Below are positions 37,168-48,198 of a DNA stretch of 64,000 bases, one piece after another. The notes under the pieces were generated by a model, which saw only the letters and a list, made by a program, of their open reading frames with translations, was not told the DNA's origin and ran no database searches. Both the position numbers and the translations under genes were made by a program. How positions within the stretch are numbered: position 1 is the first letter of the stretch; each line of letters starts with the position of its first letter. This DNA is from Parcubacteria group bacterium (GTDB lineage Bacteria > Patescibacteriota > Minisyncoccia > Moranbacterales > UBA2206): positions 33,206 to 97,205 of the forward strand of contig JBAZUU010000002.1 in assembly GCA_041661275.1 (NCBI GenBank). Direction: 5' to 3'.

Positions 37168-38754
37168 CTATTCTACTATCTTCCCACCCATAATCTCCAT
37201 CGCGGAGCTTAAAAGGGGATCTTGCGTCGATTCTTTTTTTTCTTCAACTTCCTTTTTAGCTAGATTCTTATCGGCAACAATCATTATCCGCACCGGACAT
37301 TCCAAAATCTTACCAAAAACTTCTTCTACAGTCAACCGATTGCCGTTTTCGTTCAGTCGCTCTTTATAAAAATCATACGGAGTGGCGATGGTGATTTCAT
37401 TGCCCGTGACTTTTGTCACCTGGCAATTCAGAAGCAATGCTTTCAGGGAATGGTTGTATGGTTGAATGTCAATTAATAATTTATCCCATTTGGATTGGAC
37501 GGTGAAAATGTCTAGTGGCGTGTTTTTATCTATTTTTTTTAACCTGTCCTCATCTTCCGCGGGAGCAACCTTTGTTGGTTCAGGTTTTTGGCTGGAAATG
37601 ACAGATGGACTGGCTGGCGTTATGCTTGGCGCGCTATAGCTTATATTTTCTGCTTTTATAGATGGAAACGTCTGTGTCGCTTTGATAATGGCGATTTCCA
37701 ATGGCAATTGCGGCAATATATATGAAGCGATTTTGCCTTGAGCTTCAAGTAACAAATTTATCGTGATAATAATTTTTACTAGCTCTGCTTTTTCTGCCAG
37801 AGCCTTCAGCTCGACCATTTGTTCTCTGGTCATTTCATAGGAAAAATACTTGTCCAGCTTATCGTTTATTTTTACCAGCATCACCTGGCGGAAATAGTTG
37901 ATGAGCGCCTTGTTAAACACTTGCAAATCATAGCCATCATTCAACAGATCGTTCACTTTGGAAATGGCTTTGGTGCTATCTTGCTCAATAATCAATCGGG
38001 CTATTTCGCTATATATTTTCCGATCGGTCGTTCCTAAAATTTCTTCAACCTCCTTGGCAGTGATATTTTTGTCTTCCAATGATATGATTTGACCCAAAAG
38101 CGATTCAGCGTCACGCATTCCGCCTTCTGCTGAAATAGCGATCATTTCCAACGCTTCTTTTTCAATTTTCACTTTTTCGGCCTTGGCGATGATAGATAAT
38201 TTTTCAATGATATTAGCCACAGGAAGCCTGGAAAAATCAAAACGTTGGACACGCGACAAGATCGTATCTGGGACTTTGTGAATTTCCGTGGTAGCGAGAA
38301 TAAAAATGACGTGAGTTGGCGGTTCTTCTAGGGTTTTGAGAAGCGCGTTGAAAGCGCCACTCGAAAGCATATGCACTTCATCAATAATATATACCTTGTA
38401 TTTTAGAGAAGTTGGTGGGAGAGCGACAGTTTCTCGCAATTCGCGAATATTGTCCACGCCAGTGTTGGACGCGGCGTCAATTTCAATGATGTCCAAAGAT
38501 CTCGCGGAATTAATAATCTGGCAAGCCGAACATTTTTCGCAGGGCGTAGAATCTTTTAATTTCTCGCAATTAATCGTTTTGGCCATTATCCGAGCCAAAG
38601 ATGTTTTTCCTGTTCCGCGAGGACCGGTGAAAAGATAGGCGTGGCCAATGCGTTCGTGTTTTATAGCATTAGAAAGAGTGCGGACAATATGTTGTTGTCC
38701 GATAACTTCATCGAAATTTTTCGGCCGGTATTTTCTGTATAAACTCTCGCTCAT
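37168..38754 (-). CDS. dnaX: DNA polymerase III subunit gamma/tau
   Basis: YRPKNFDEVIGQQHIVRTLSNAI, Walker A GPRGTGKTS, Zn module CEKCSAC, sensor motifs. Confidence 0.9.
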   Translation of the reverse strand: MSESLYRKYRPKNFDEVIGQQHIVRTLSNAIKHERIGHAYLFTGPRGTGKTSLARIMAKTINCEKLKDSTPCEKCSACQIINSARSLDIIEIDAASNTGVDNIRELRETVALPPTSLKYKVYIIDEVHMLSSGAFNALLKTLEEPPTHVIFILATTEIHKVPDTILSRVQRFDFSRLPVANIIEKLSIIAKAEKVKIEKEALEMIAISAEGGMRDAESLLGQIISLEDKNITAKEVEEILGTTDRKIYSEIARLIIEQDSTKAISKVNDLLNDGYDLQVFNKALINYFRQVMLVKINDKLDKYFSYEMTREQMVELKALAEKAELVKIIITINLLLEAQGKIASYILPQLPLEIAIIKATQTFPSIKAENISYSAPSITPASPSVISSQKPEPTKVAPAEDEDRLKKIDKNTPLDIFTVQSKWDKLLIDIQPYNHSLKALLLNCQVTKVTGNEITIATPYDFYKERLNENGNRLTVEEVFGKILECPVRIMIVADKNLAKKEVEEKKESTQDPLLSSAMEIMGGKIVE

Positions 38755-38860
38755 AAATACTAATTAATTAGAGTACCAAATTTGGTACCCCTTGTGTCTT
38801 TATTATATATCTGAAAAAGGACAGACACAAGGTCTGCCCCTACGTAAGATTTTTGATAAA

Positions 38861-39499
38861 TTATTTCTTAAAAACAATAAATTTATATCCGATAAAGTTC
38901 CAGGCCAAACCAGCAATTGATCCGGCAGCCGCTCCGATTAGCCCAGCTTGATCGGCGGAAAAACCGGAAATAGCTCTGAAAACCAGGGAAGCGACGATAA
39001 CATTGACCAGAAAACCAATCATACTAACTATAAAAAACTGGATGAATTCTGTGCTTTTTCCACCTTCGACGTTAAATGTCCAGTGTTTATTCCAAAAATA
39101 ACTGTTAATATTGGCAATGATAAACGAAAGGGATTTATAAAGGGAATAATAAGTCAAAAAAGAAAACAAGATCGTTTTTGAATCGATACCAAGATATGTC
39201 CGAAAAGCAAAGGTGATGAGCGACAAAAATCCGAGATCGACAAGGACGTTGAGCACGCCAGTTACTCCGAATTTTCCCAGTTGCCAGATGACAGCTATTT
39301 TTCGACTAATCATATGAGCAATGACGAGGCCAAACGGCACGGCTAGGAAGAAAAAGGGAATAATAAACAAATTAATTTTACTATAAATATCCGGTTTGGC
39401 GGCAGAAAGGACTGGTAAAAATAAAAGACCGATAAGAAGTCCGGCAAGAAATGCAAGATAGTAGTCTTTTTTGTTCATGGGTTGTGTAGTATTTTCCAT
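38861..39499 (-). CDS. GtrA-family polysaccharide-synthesis membrane protein (tandem GtrA-like halves)
   Basis: WNFIGYKFIVFKK C-terminal GtrA signature. Four to six transmembrane segments. Confidence 0.65.
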   Translation of the reverse strand: MENTTQPMNKKDYYLAFLAGLLIGLLFLPVLSAAKPDIYSKINLFIIPFFFLAVPFGLVIAHMISRKIAVIWQLGKFGVTGVLNVLVDLGFLSLITFAFRTYLGIDSKTILFSFLTYYSLYKSLSFIIANINSYFWNKHWTFNVEGGKSTEFIQFFIVSMIGFLVNVIVASLVFRAISGFSADQAGLIGAAAGSIAGLAWNFIGYKFIVFKK

Positions 39500-39624
39500 T
39501 TTGTTTTGATGTTGGTCTTTACTAATTACTAATCAAATACCAATATACTAATCCGTAGCGTTTTAGAGGTTAAGCCTCGGACAAGTCATTGGTATATTAG
39601 TAGAAAATTCGTAATTCGTAAAGA

Positions 39625-40341
39625 CTACCTATCTTCTTCTAATTCCTTCTTTAATTTTTCCATATCCGGCGCCCATTCGTCCAGAATGGAATCGCTGTTG
39701 TCCTTTTTTTCTGTCATTGTCTTTTCTGGTTCTGGCGCTGGTTTTTTCTTATCAGCAATAAGTTCATCAATATCCATTGGAGGGGATGATATATAATTTT
39801 TGTTATCCCGCGATTTTTGCAGAACGTTTTCAATGGCTGCCCAATCCGAATCGATGTCGCGAGAGGCGACCATCGTTACTTCATCGCCCGGCTCCACTTT
39901 GAAATAGGTGATAGAGGCGAGAAGAACTTTATAGGCTTTTCCTTCGGCGGCGACAAAATAGTTACCGTCAGCGTCTTGCGAAACTGATCCGATGAGTCTT
40001 TTCCGCTCGACCGGTCCAATTTGTTTATAAATAAAAGACCCGTCTGGCGTAATGGTCAGTTTGAGCATGTCGCCTTCGACTAATTTTGATTTAGAAGCAT
40101 AATTGGCCGGCACCGGATATTGCTTTCCGTCCGTGCCGATCATAATTTGTCCGTCAAAAGTGCCTTCAATAACTTTGCCGTCTTCTTCATTGCCGTCACT
40201 CTTTCTTTTTCGTCCAACTTTTTTCTTTCCTTCGAGTTGCAAAAGCATAGCCTTTGCCCCCTGCAAAGTTTTTTCAGCGTTATAGATCATCTCACGCAAC
40301 GCCTGAACCTTTTCGTTAGTTTTATCGTTCTTTTCCTCCAT
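39625..40341 (-). CDS. Hypothetical protein with internal duplication and acidic/basic termini
   Basis: Two related ~60-aa segments (GTFDGQIMIGTDGKQYPVP... / NYFVAAEGKAYKVLLASITYFKVEPGDEV...). No family recognised. Confidence 0.4.
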   Translation of the reverse strand: MEEKNDKTNEKVQALREMIYNAEKTLQGAKAMLLQLEGKKKVGRKRKSDGNEEDGKVIEGTFDGQIMIGTDGKQYPVPANYASKSKLVEGDMLKLTITPDGSFIYKQIGPVERKRLIGSVSQDADGNYFVAAEGKAYKVLLASITYFKVEPGDEVTMVASRDIDSDWAAIENVLQKSRDNKNYISSPPMDIDELIADKKKPAPEPEKTMTEKKDNSDSILDEWAPDMEKLKKELEEDR

Positions 40342-40571
40342 TTTTATTTATTTTTTTATTTGTGTTGTAACCTTATCTAAATTATACAATCACAAATATT
40401 AATTAGCAAGTGGGTATAACCATACCAATGTTTATTACACTTAAAAACACTTTTTATTTACAAATGAAATATAGACGTACGCCATTTGTATCTATAATAA
40501 GCAATAAATTAAAAAACAAATCAGACCCCTTGTATATTTTACGATTAAAAATTACTTAGGGACGCAAAAAC

Positions 40572-41135
40572 ATGTACACAAAAAAAGACTATTCGCGCCT
40601 CCTCGGAACACCAGGCTTTTCGGAAAAAGCCCTGGAAACGCATTTTGCCCTTTATGAAGGATATGTGACTAATACTAATAGAATTTTGGAAGAACTAGGG
40701 GAATATAAAGGCGATTCTATCCAATACGCAGAAATGAAAAGAAGATTGGGCTGGGAATTTGATGGTATGCGGCTCCATGAATATTATTTCGATTCAATGG
40801 GTGGAAACAAGGAGCTCGATAAAAACAGCAAATTATATCAAACGCTGGAAAAAGAGTTTGGCAGTTTCGAAGAATGGCAGAACGATTTTATCTCTACCGG
40901 AAAAATGCGCGGCATCGGCTGGGTCATTCTCTATCAGGATCCGACCAATAACAAATTGATGAATTTCTGGATCAATGAACATAACGACGGCCATCCAACA
41001 GGACTTAATCTGATTCTAAATATGGATGTTTTCGAACACGCTTTTATGATTGACTACGGAAAAGATAAGGCGAGTTATATTGATGCCTATATGAAAACGA
41101 TCAATTGGGAAGAGGTGGAAGAAAGGCTGAAGTAG
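40572..41135 (+). CDS. Fe/Mn superoxide dismutase family protein (divergent)
   Basis: C-terminal GWVILYQD...DVFEHAFMIDYG (SOD DVWEHAYY-like, with D and H ligands) and N-terminal ...LHEYYF. The N-terminal His pair is degenerate. Confidence 0.55.
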   Translation: MYTKKDYSRLLGTPGFSEKALETHFALYEGYVTNTNRILEELGEYKGDSIQYAEMKRRLGWEFDGMRLHEYYFDSMGGNKELDKNSKLYQTLEKEFGSFEEWQNDFISTGKMRGIGWVILYQDPTNNKLMNFWINEHNDGHPTGLNLILNMDVFEHAFMIDYGKDKASYIDAYMKTINWEEVEERLK

Positions 41136-41204
41136 GTTACGGGATTGCTATTTATAGCCGATGGGTTACAATTAAATAAGCTTATGTCCTGGGGGTAAAA
41201 AACC

Positions 41205-41642
41205 ATGGACGCGCGTCGGATCATCGCTCATATCTGGATGTTTATCCTAATAATGTTAGGGGTGGTGTCGGCTTTTTTGTTTGTTCCATCGATTGTTCTT
41301 CTCTCCCGACAAAACAGTTATTATCTAAGCTTAATATTCGTTCCTTTTGTTGCCTTTGTTCTCTATAATTTTGTCAGCGCTTTTTATTATCGTTTGAAAT
41401 CGCACATCAATTCCGATAATTTAGAAAAGTTGTCTGGAGAGAAGGCTTTCGGTCGGATGGTTCATCCCACTTGCACTACTTTAGCGATTCTCTCTTGGGG
41501 CGCTTTCATTTATTTTCCAAACTTAAAAATATTTATGGCTAATGTTTGGATATCTGTGGTGGTTTTTTCCTGGATAAAAATGGAAAAAAACGCGTATTCT
41601 GAAAGACCTAGTCGATCGATAAATGACACTTCGGGGCCATAG
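41205..41642 (+). CDS. Hypothetical integral membrane protein
   Basis: Four hydrophobic segments. No motif recognised. Confidence 0.4.
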   Translation: MDARRIIAHIWMFILIMLGVVSAFLFVPSIVLLSRQNSYYLSLIFVPFVAFVLYNFVSAFYYRLKSHINSDNLEKLSGEKAFGRMVHPTCTTLAILSWGAFIYFPNLKIFMANVWISVVVFSWIKMEKNAYSERPSRSINDTSGP

Positions 41643-41724
41643 AGTTGCTTTTTATTAATTTTTATGCTAGGCTTAACTTTAGTTTTGCTAACATTTCTGC
41701 TGAACTTCAGCAGTTTTTATATTT

Positions 41725-43509
41725 ATGCAGATACGTAACATTGCTATTATTGCTCACGTCGACCATGGGAAAACCACTCTGACTGATGCCATTATGAAGG
41801 AGACCGGCATCTCAAAGGAAGGGGCGACTATGGATTCCAACGCTCTAGAACAAGAGCGTGGTATTACGATTTACGCTAAAAATACTTCTATCTTCTACAA
41901 AGATACAAAGATTAATATCGTGGACACTCCCGGGCACGCTGATTTTGGTTCGGAAGTAGAGCGGGTTTTGCGATCGATTGATTCGGTAGTTCTGGTTGTG
42001 GACGCCCAGGAAGGCCCGATGCCACAAACACGATTTGTTCTCAAAAAATCCTTGGAGTTGGGATTGAAACCGATTGTTGTTATAAACAAAATCGATAAAC
42101 CAGCGGCTGATCCCGACTGGGTCCAGGAAAAAGTTTTTGAGCTGTTCTTGGATCTGGGCGGAAACGATGAGCAACTAGACTTCACTACTGTCTATGCTAT
42201 TGCCAAGCAGGGGATAGCCAAGATGCACCTGGATGATGAATCAACTGATCTCACGCCGCTTCTAGATACAATTCTCGCGCATGTTGCGCCAGCGCCGGAC
42301 AACAGTGAAATGCAGCTGCGCGCGCAGCCGTTCAATCTTGGATATGATAATTTTTTGGGACGCCTCGCAGTATCTCGAATTTATGAAGGAAAAATAAAAG
42401 TCGGAGATAATTTGACGATAAAAAATCCGGACGGAAACACCAGGATCGGACGAGTGACAAAATTATATATTTTTCACGGTATTGAAAAAAAGGAAGTGGA
42501 AGAGGCGCTGGCTGGAGACATCGTGATGATTGCCGGATTTCCGGATATCGAGATCGGCGAAACTTTTTGCGCGGACGCATCACAGGAGGCATTGCCGGCC
42601 ATTTCTATTGATGAGCCGACGATAACTTTGCGATTTTTGGTGAATGATTCTCCTTTTGCCGGGCGAGAAGGAAAATTTGTGACCGGACAACAGATTCGTG
42701 AAAGATTGCAAAAAGAATTGGAAATAAATGTAGGGCTGAAAGTAGATTTTTCATCGAATGATCATTTGACAGTTTCAGGACGAGGAGAATTACACATCGC
42801 GATACTTCTGGAGAATATGCGACGCGAGGGATATGAAGTTCAGGTGTCACAGCCAAAAGTTATTATCAAAGAAATTGATGGAAAAAAACACGAGCCATTC
42901 GAAGAAGTGACTATCGATGTGCCAAGTTCAGTCAGTGGCACGGTCATTGAAGCTCTTGGAACAAGAAAGGGCATTATGACTAATATGGAAACCAAAGGCA
43001 GTCAGACGAGAATCCTGTTCGAAGCGCCGACGCGCGGACTTCTTGGATATCGCGGACAATTCATGGTGGAAACAAAAGGCGAAGGAATTTTGTGTTCACG
43101 CATGAACGGTTTTCGGCCATATGTGGGCGAAATTAAGAGAAAAGATGTCGGTTCGATGGTTTCTATGGCGACAGGAAAAGCTTTGGGATTTTCTCTGGCT
43201 AACCTTCAAGAAAGAGGCGTTCTATACATCAACGCCGCCGAAGAAGTTTATGAAGGAATGGTTATTGGAAACGTCACCAAAGGAAATGAAATGGCCGTCA
43301 ATCCTATCAAAGGAAAACAAATGAGCAATATGCGTTCTTCCGGCGCAGATGCCGCTATCCATCTCACTCCGCCGATGACAATTTCCATTGAACGGGGATT
43401 GGAAGTGATGAATGAAGATGAATATCTAGAAGTTACTCCCGGATCAGTCCGCCTTCGAAAACAGTATCTTACCGAGAACGACAGAGTAAAAGCGGCGAGG
43501 AAAAAATAA
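41725..43509 (+). CDS. typA: Translational GTPase TypA/BipA
   Basis: [18 protein letters not shown]1, DTPGHADF G3, NKID G4. ~600 aa. Confidence 0.9.
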   Translation: MQIRNIAIIAHVDHGKTTLTDAIMKETGISKEGATMDSNALEQERGITIYAKNTSIFYKDTKINIVDTPGHADFGSEVERVLRSIDSVVLVVDAQEGPMPQTRFVLKKSLELGLKPIVVINKIDKPAADPDWVQEKVFELFLDLGGNDEQLDFTTVYAIAKQGIAKMHLDDESTDLTPLLDTILAHVAPAPDNSEMQLRAQPFNLGYDNFLGRLAVSRIYEGKIKVGDNLTIKNPDGNTRIGRVTKLYIFHGIEKKEVEEALAGDIVMIAGFPDIEIGETFCADASQEALPAISIDEPTITLRFLVNDSPFAGREGKFVTGQQIRERLQKELEINVGLKVDFSSNDHLTVSGRGELHIAILLENMRREGYEVQVSQPKVIIKEIDGKKHEPFEEVTIDVPSSVSGTVIEALGTRKGIMTNMETKGSQTRILFEAPTRGLLGYRGQFMVETKGEGILCSRMNGFRPYVGEIKRKDVGSMVSMATGKALGFSLANLQERGVLYINAAEEVYEGMVIGNVTKGNEMAVNPIKGKQMSNMRSSGADAAIHLTPPMTISIERGLEVMNEDEYLEVTPGSVRLRKQYLTENDRVKAARKK

Positions 43510-43637
43510 TCACTTAGACATTCGATGTCTAAGTAGAGATGTCTAAGCAAAAAATAAATCTTTTAGAAAAAATTAAAATCCCAGAGAGGAATAGATCCTT
43601 CCGGGATTTTTTATTTGTGTTTGAAATACTACACCAA

Positions 43638-43937
43638 CTATATGACCTCGTAGACGTGCCTCTCAGGGGTTGAATAATCCAACTCCCTGAGTTTTTGATT
43701 GAGATTTAAATCTTTGGCCACCCGTTCGGGTTGCCATTGATTACCATCTTCAGTTTGAAACAGGGGAACACCGGAAAATTTTTCCGCCCTTAGTTTCAGG
43801 GAAATCATCTGTTTGCTGTTGCCCTGCGGACGGAATATCCGGGCGCGGGGGATTATTTGCAGTTCATTCTTGTAGATGCAAACAATGTCCCCTTGTGCCA
43901 GTGACGAAAGTTGGTCATCAGGCAGATATATGAGCAT
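43638..43937 (-). CDS. Hypothetical protein (99 aa), divergent from mraZ
   Basis: ORF only. No motif recognised. Confidence 0.3.
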   Translation of the reverse strand: MLIYLPDDQLSSLAQGDIVCIYKNELQIIPRARIFRPQGNSKQMISLKLRAEKFSGVPLFQTEDGNQWQPERVAKDLNLNQKLRELDYSTPERHVYEVI

Positions 43938-44217
43938 AGATCTTCTCCTTTTGGCCTCTTTAGGCTCGTATGTGGTTAACGTTTTTTCAGGTACGAAGCA
44001 TAATCTTATATCAATTTTTACAAAAAGTCAAGCCGTTGTGGATACAGTGTGTATAACTTTTCCGTTGGTGGCTTATCTAAGCCATTTTTTGTTTTTTTAA
44101 AATTAAAGCAAAAGTGTTGACGGCTGTATCTTGGTGGGATAGAATAGAGAGGTAGTAAATAAAAGTGGGGGGAAGTGGTAAATTAAAAATACAAGCACCT
44201 CCGCCTTTTGCGTCCTT

Positions 44218-44652
44218 ATGTTTATAGGCGAATACCAGCATTCTATCGATCCGAAAAAAAGATTGGCTTTGCCATCACGTTTTCGGGGTGAGCTGAAAAA
44301 TAAAGTTGTTGTCACTCGTGGATTGGATAAGTGTCTGTTCGTATATCCTTTAAAAGTGTGGGAAGAGATTGCTGGAAAACTGGGAACACTGCCGGTCGGA
44401 GAATCAGCGACAAGAAGCTTTATCCGCCTGCAACTCTCCGGAGCGATCGATTGTGAAATTGACAAGCAGGGGAGGATTCTCATTCCAGATTTTCTCAAAA
44501 ATTATGCCGGACTCGATAGGGAAATTATAGTTGCCGGAGTATATAATCGTTTGGAAATTTGGGATGAGAAGAAATGGGCTGAGTATAAAAATAATGCAGA
44601 GAAAAATTCTGACGAAATAGCGGAACAACTCGGGAAATTGGGAGTTTATTAA
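44218..44652 (+). CDS. mraZ: Transcriptional regulator MraZ
   Basis: Duplicated DxxxR-type halves (SIDPKKRLALP / EIDKQGRILIP). First gene of the dcw cluster. Confidence 0.85.
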   Translation: MFIGEYQHSIDPKKRLALPSRFRGELKNKVVVTRGLDKCLFVYPLKVWEEIAGKLGTLPVGESATRSFIRLQLSGAIDCEIDKQGRILIPDFLKNYAGLDREIIVAGVYNRLEIWDEKKWAEYKNNAEKNSDEIAEQLGKLGVY

Positions 44653-44659
44653 AAATATT

Positions 44660-45676
44660 ATGACGAAACACACGCCAGTATTGCTTGGGGAGGCAATAAG
44701 GCAACTCAACTTAAAAGGGGGCGATGTGGTTATTGATGCAACACTAGGCGGCGGCGGACACAGCTACGAAGTCCTTAATAAAATAGGTAGAGAGGGAACT
44801 CTGATTGCATTTGATCTGGATATTGAAGCGATAAAGAGGTTCGCGGAAATCCCAAGTACCAAATCCCAAACACCAAACCTTGCCTACCGGCAGGCAGGTA
44901 AATCACAATCCGTCAGCTGGCGGACAAATCCCAAAATCCAAAAAGTAGGAAATGCATATTTGGTAAATGAGAATTTTGCGGAGCTGAAGAATGTCTTAGC
45001 TGAAATCGGAATTGAAAAAATTGATGCGATTTTGGCGGATTTAGGATGGAGCTCTGATCAGATAGAAAATCCTGAATTTGGAATGAGTTTTATGCGGGAG
45101 GGAGTACTGGATATGCGATATGACAGAAATCAGGAACTGACGGCGAAGAAAATAGTCAATGAGTATTCGCAAAAAGATTTGGAAAAAATAATCGAAAGAT
45201 ACGGGGAAGAAAGGTTTGCCAAAAATATTGCTAAAAGAATAATTGAATACAGAAAAAACCATACTATTGAGACAACTACCCAGCTGGCAGATATTGTGAA
45301 AAACGCCGTTCCTCCGAAAAATAGGTACGGAAAAATTGATCCAGCGACCAGAACTTTTCAAGCGTTGCGGATAGAAACGAACAAAGAATTAGAAAATTTA
45401 GAAAAATTCATACCGGTGGCAATCGACATACTAAATCCGGAAGGACGACTGGCCATTATCACATTTCATTCATTAGAGGACAGAATAGTTAAAAGTATAT
45501 TTCGGGAAAACGCAGGGGGATGTGTTTGCCCGAGTGATTTTCCGCAATGTGTGTGCGGAAAAAAGCCGAAAGTTAAGCTAATAACAAAAAAGCCAATAGC
45601 GCCGGAAAGCGAAGAGGTGTTTTCCAACCCTCGCGCCCGGAGCGCTAGATTGAGAGTGGTAGAAAAAGAAAAATAA
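44660..45676 (+). CDS. rsmH: 16S rRNA (cytosine1402-N4)-methyltransferase RsmH
   Basis: HTPVLLGEA...DATLGGGGHS SAM motif and DLGWSSDQ. Contains a ~30-aa low-complexity insertion. Confidence 0.85.
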   Translation: MTKHTPVLLGEAIRQLNLKGGDVVIDATLGGGGHSYEVLNKIGREGTLIAFDLDIEAIKRFAEIPSTKSQTPNLAYRQAGKSQSVSWRTNPKIQKVGNAYLVNENFAELKNVLAEIGIEKIDAILADLGWSSDQIENPEFGMSFMREGVLDMRYDRNQELTAKKIVNEYSQKDLEKIIERYGEERFAKNIAKRIIEYRKNHTIETTTQLADIVKNAVPPKNRYGKIDPATRTFQALRIETNKELENLEKFIPVAIDILNPEGRLAIITFHSLEDRIVKSIFRENAGGCVCPSDFPQCVCGKKPKVKLITKKPIAPESEEVFSNPRARSARLRVVEKEK

Positions 45677-45724
45677 ACAAAAAATCTAAATTAGTAAATT
45701 AATTTTCAGGGGGACTGGGAATTA

Positions 45725-46159
45725 ATGTCCAGAATTATTACAGCCAATAGCTTTAGTTTTAACGTTGCGGGCAGTTCTGACCTCAAAATGAGAAAGAGGG
45801 TAAGATCAAGCGGCCGCGTTTTGACCATGAACGGCAAAAAAACAACCAGGACGATGGGAACAAATTTGGGCGACGCAGGACGAAGCCTTATTAGTGTTTG
45901 TTTTATTCTGACGGTCGGGGTTGTGATGCTCGGAGCATACTATCTCTATCAAGTGAATGATCTGGCTACCAAAAGTTATGAGATGAAAGATATGGAAGTA
46001 AGAATTCAGCAGTTGCAAAAAGAGGGCAAAAAGATGCAGATTAGAGAAGTGGAACTGCGCTCGATGTATAATCTGGAAAAAGCAACCGAAAATCTCGATC
46101 TGGTCAACGCCCAGAATGTTATATATTTAGAAATGAAAAGTCCGGTGGCTATGAAATAG
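45725..46159 (+). CDS. ftsL: Cell division protein FtsL-like (start probably internal)
   Basis: Single transmembrane segment followed by a coiled coil. Position between rsmH and ftsI. Confidence 0.5.
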   Translation: MSRIITANSFSFNVAGSSDLKMRKRVRSSGRVLTMNGKKTTRTMGTNLGDAGRSLISVCFILTVGVVMLGAYYLYQVNDLATKSYEMKDMEVRIQQLQKEGKKMQIREVELRSMYNLEKATENLDLVNAQNVIYLEMKSPVAMK

Positions 46160-46170
46160 ATTAAATTAGA

Positions 46171-46286
46171 AAATAGTTGATTAGAAACTGGAAAATAGTT
46201 CAGGAAAATGGAGATTAGAAAATAGATATCCTGTTTCCAATTTCTTTTTTCTTAAACCAATTTCTATTTTCCATTCAACTAATTTC
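46171..46286. repeat. Imperfect palindromic intergenic element, family 'agttgattggaaaatag' (copy 3)
   Basis: tagttgattagaaactggaaaatagttcaggaaaatggagattag ... cttaaaccaatttctattttccattcaactaatttc. Confidence 0.65.
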
Positions 46287-46299
46287 TAAAACGAAAGAG

Positions 46300-48195
46300 A
46301 TGCCTAGAGCGATTAAAAACGGCAAAAATAATCGCGGCCGAGAATCCAAGGATACGGATTGCCAAAATTCCAGCCCGAGAATCAGTATTCTGGCTTTTTT
46401 TATTTTCGCGGTAACCGTTACTATTCTGGGCAAACTATATTTCCTGCAGGTAGTGTCATATTCTTCCTATCGGGCGCTGGCGGACGAACAACATTCTCTG
46501 TTCAAAAAACTAGTTCCAAAACGTGGAGAGATATATCTCCGTGATAAAAATAGCCTTTACCCGGTAGCGCTTAATCGAGATATCAAGATGGCCTATGCCG
46601 TTCCCAAAGAAATTGAAAATTCTGGCGAAGCGACGGATAAAATTTCTCGGATCCTCGGGCTTGACTACGGTGAAACATATCAGAAACTTAACCAGCCGGA
46701 GGATATGTATGAGGTTCTAAAACATAAACTGTCTGATGAAGAAGCAGAAAATATAAAAAATACTAAAATTAAAGGAATATATCTGACGGACGAAACTTTC
46801 CGTTATTATCCGGCCGGAGAATTGGCTTCACACGTCTTGGGTTTTGTCGGCTGGAAAGACAATGAATTTGGTGGACGATATGGTTTGGAAAAATATCTGG
46901 ATTCGGAACTGCGAGGACGTGAAGGAAATATTTTTACCACGAAAGATAATTCCGGACGCCATATAACACTAGGAGAAAAGGAAATCGATTATGCCAAAGA
47001 CGGAGATTCTCTGGTTTTGACCATAGATCATATCGTTCAATATGAAACGGAAAAGATCCTAAAAAGTGCCGTTTCTAAATTCGAAGCCCAAAGAGGAACG
47101 ATGATAGTGATGGAGGCAGGTACGGGAAAAATTTTGGCTCTGGCCAGTTACCCGAGCTTTAATCCTAATGATTTTGGAACAGTGGACAATATGGAAGCTT
47201 TCAGGAATCTGGCAGTTTCTGACGCCTATGAACCCGGATCCGTTTTCAAGACTTTTACTCTGGCTTCGGCTATTGACGCGGGAAAGATAAATCCCGACAC
47301 TACTTATGTCGATACTGGTACCGTCACCGAAGCTGGTTATTCTATAAAAAACTCCGATCTGAAAGCCAATGGTACACAGACAATGACTAATGTTTTGGAA
47401 AAATCATTAAATACCGGGGTGATTTTTGCTGAAAAAGCTTTGGGCAATAAAAATTTTGCTGACTATATGGAACGTTTTGGTTTTGGAACTCCAACTGGAG
47501 TGGATATGTTTGGAGAAGCGACAGGAAATATCAATAATTTAAAAAACCTGAAAAGCAATATTCAGTTTTTTACCGCCGCGTTTGGACAGGGGATAACAGT
47601 GACGCCGATCCAGTTAATTGCCGCCTATAATTCCATTGCCAGTGGTGGAGTATTGTATAAACCACAAATTATAGATAAAATAATCCATCCGGATGGATCC
47701 GAAGAAGATGTCCAACCGCAGGAGGTACGAAGGGCGATCTCGACCGAAACTGCCTATACGGTCGGAAAGATGTTGGAAAGCGTTGTGGTTAATGGCCACG
47801 GAAAAAGAGCGGGCGTTCCCGGATACAGGGTGGGAGGAAAAACCGGAACGGCGCAAGTGGCCAGCAGTTCATCAAAGGGTTACGAAGACGGAAAAAGCAT
47901 CGGGTCATTTGCCGGATATGCTCCTGTAGATAATCCGAAATATACTATTCTCATTAGAATGGATGATCCCAAAACTGTCGAATGGGCGGAATCAAGCGCC
48001 GCGCCGGCCTTTGGGGAACTAATGAAATTTTTGCTGGATTATGGCGGAATAGAACCAACTGAAAACTATACCCAGAAAGATATTGATGTTTGGAACGCGA
48101 CACATACCCTGAAAGCTGATTTTGCCAAAAAAGAAGAAGCAAGAAAGGAAGAAGAGAAGAAGAACGAAGAAAAAAATAAGGATAAAAATAATTAG
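46300..48195 (+). CDS. ftsI: Penicillin-binding protein (FtsI/PBP2 transpeptidase)
   Basis: N-terminal transmembrane segment, SVFK (SxxK), SxN and KTGTAQ transpeptidase motifs. Confidence 0.85.
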   Translation: MPRAIKNGKNNRGRESKDTDCQNSSPRISILAFFIFAVTVTILGKLYFLQVVSYSSYRALADEQHSLFKKLVPKRGEIYLRDKNSLYPVALNRDIKMAYAVPKEIENSGEATDKISRILGLDYGETYQKLNQPEDMYEVLKHKLSDEEAENIKNTKIKGIYLTDETFRYYPAGELASHVLGFVGWKDNEFGGRYGLEKYLDSELRGREGNIFTTKDNSGRHITLGEKEIDYAKDGDSLVLTIDHIVQYETEKILKSAVSKFEAQRGTMIVMEAGTGKILALASYPSFNPNDFGTVDNMEAFRNLAVSDAYEPGSVFKTFTLASAIDAGKINPDTTYVDTGTVTEAGYSIKNSDLKANGTQTMTNVLEKSLNTGVIFAEKALGNKNFADYMERFGFGTPTGVDMFGEATGNINNLKNLKSNIQFFTAAFGQGITVTPIQLIAAYNSIASGGVLYKPQIIDKIIHPDGSEEDVQPQEVRRAISTETAYTVGKMLESVVVNGHGKRAGVPGYRVGGKTGTAQVASSSSKGYEDGKSIGSFAGYAPVDNPKYTILIRMDDPKTVEWAESSAAPAFGELMKFLLDYGGIEPTENYTQKDIDVWNATHTLKADFAKKEEARKEEEKKNEEKNKDKNN

Positions 48196-48198
48196 CCT

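Noticed and set aside
37230-37545. Programmed -1 frameshift site in dnaX (A-runs at 37243-37252 and 37533-37542)
   Set aside because: The A-runs lie in the last 25 codons or lack a downstream stop/stem context appropriate for producing a gamma subunit. Likely just lysine codons.
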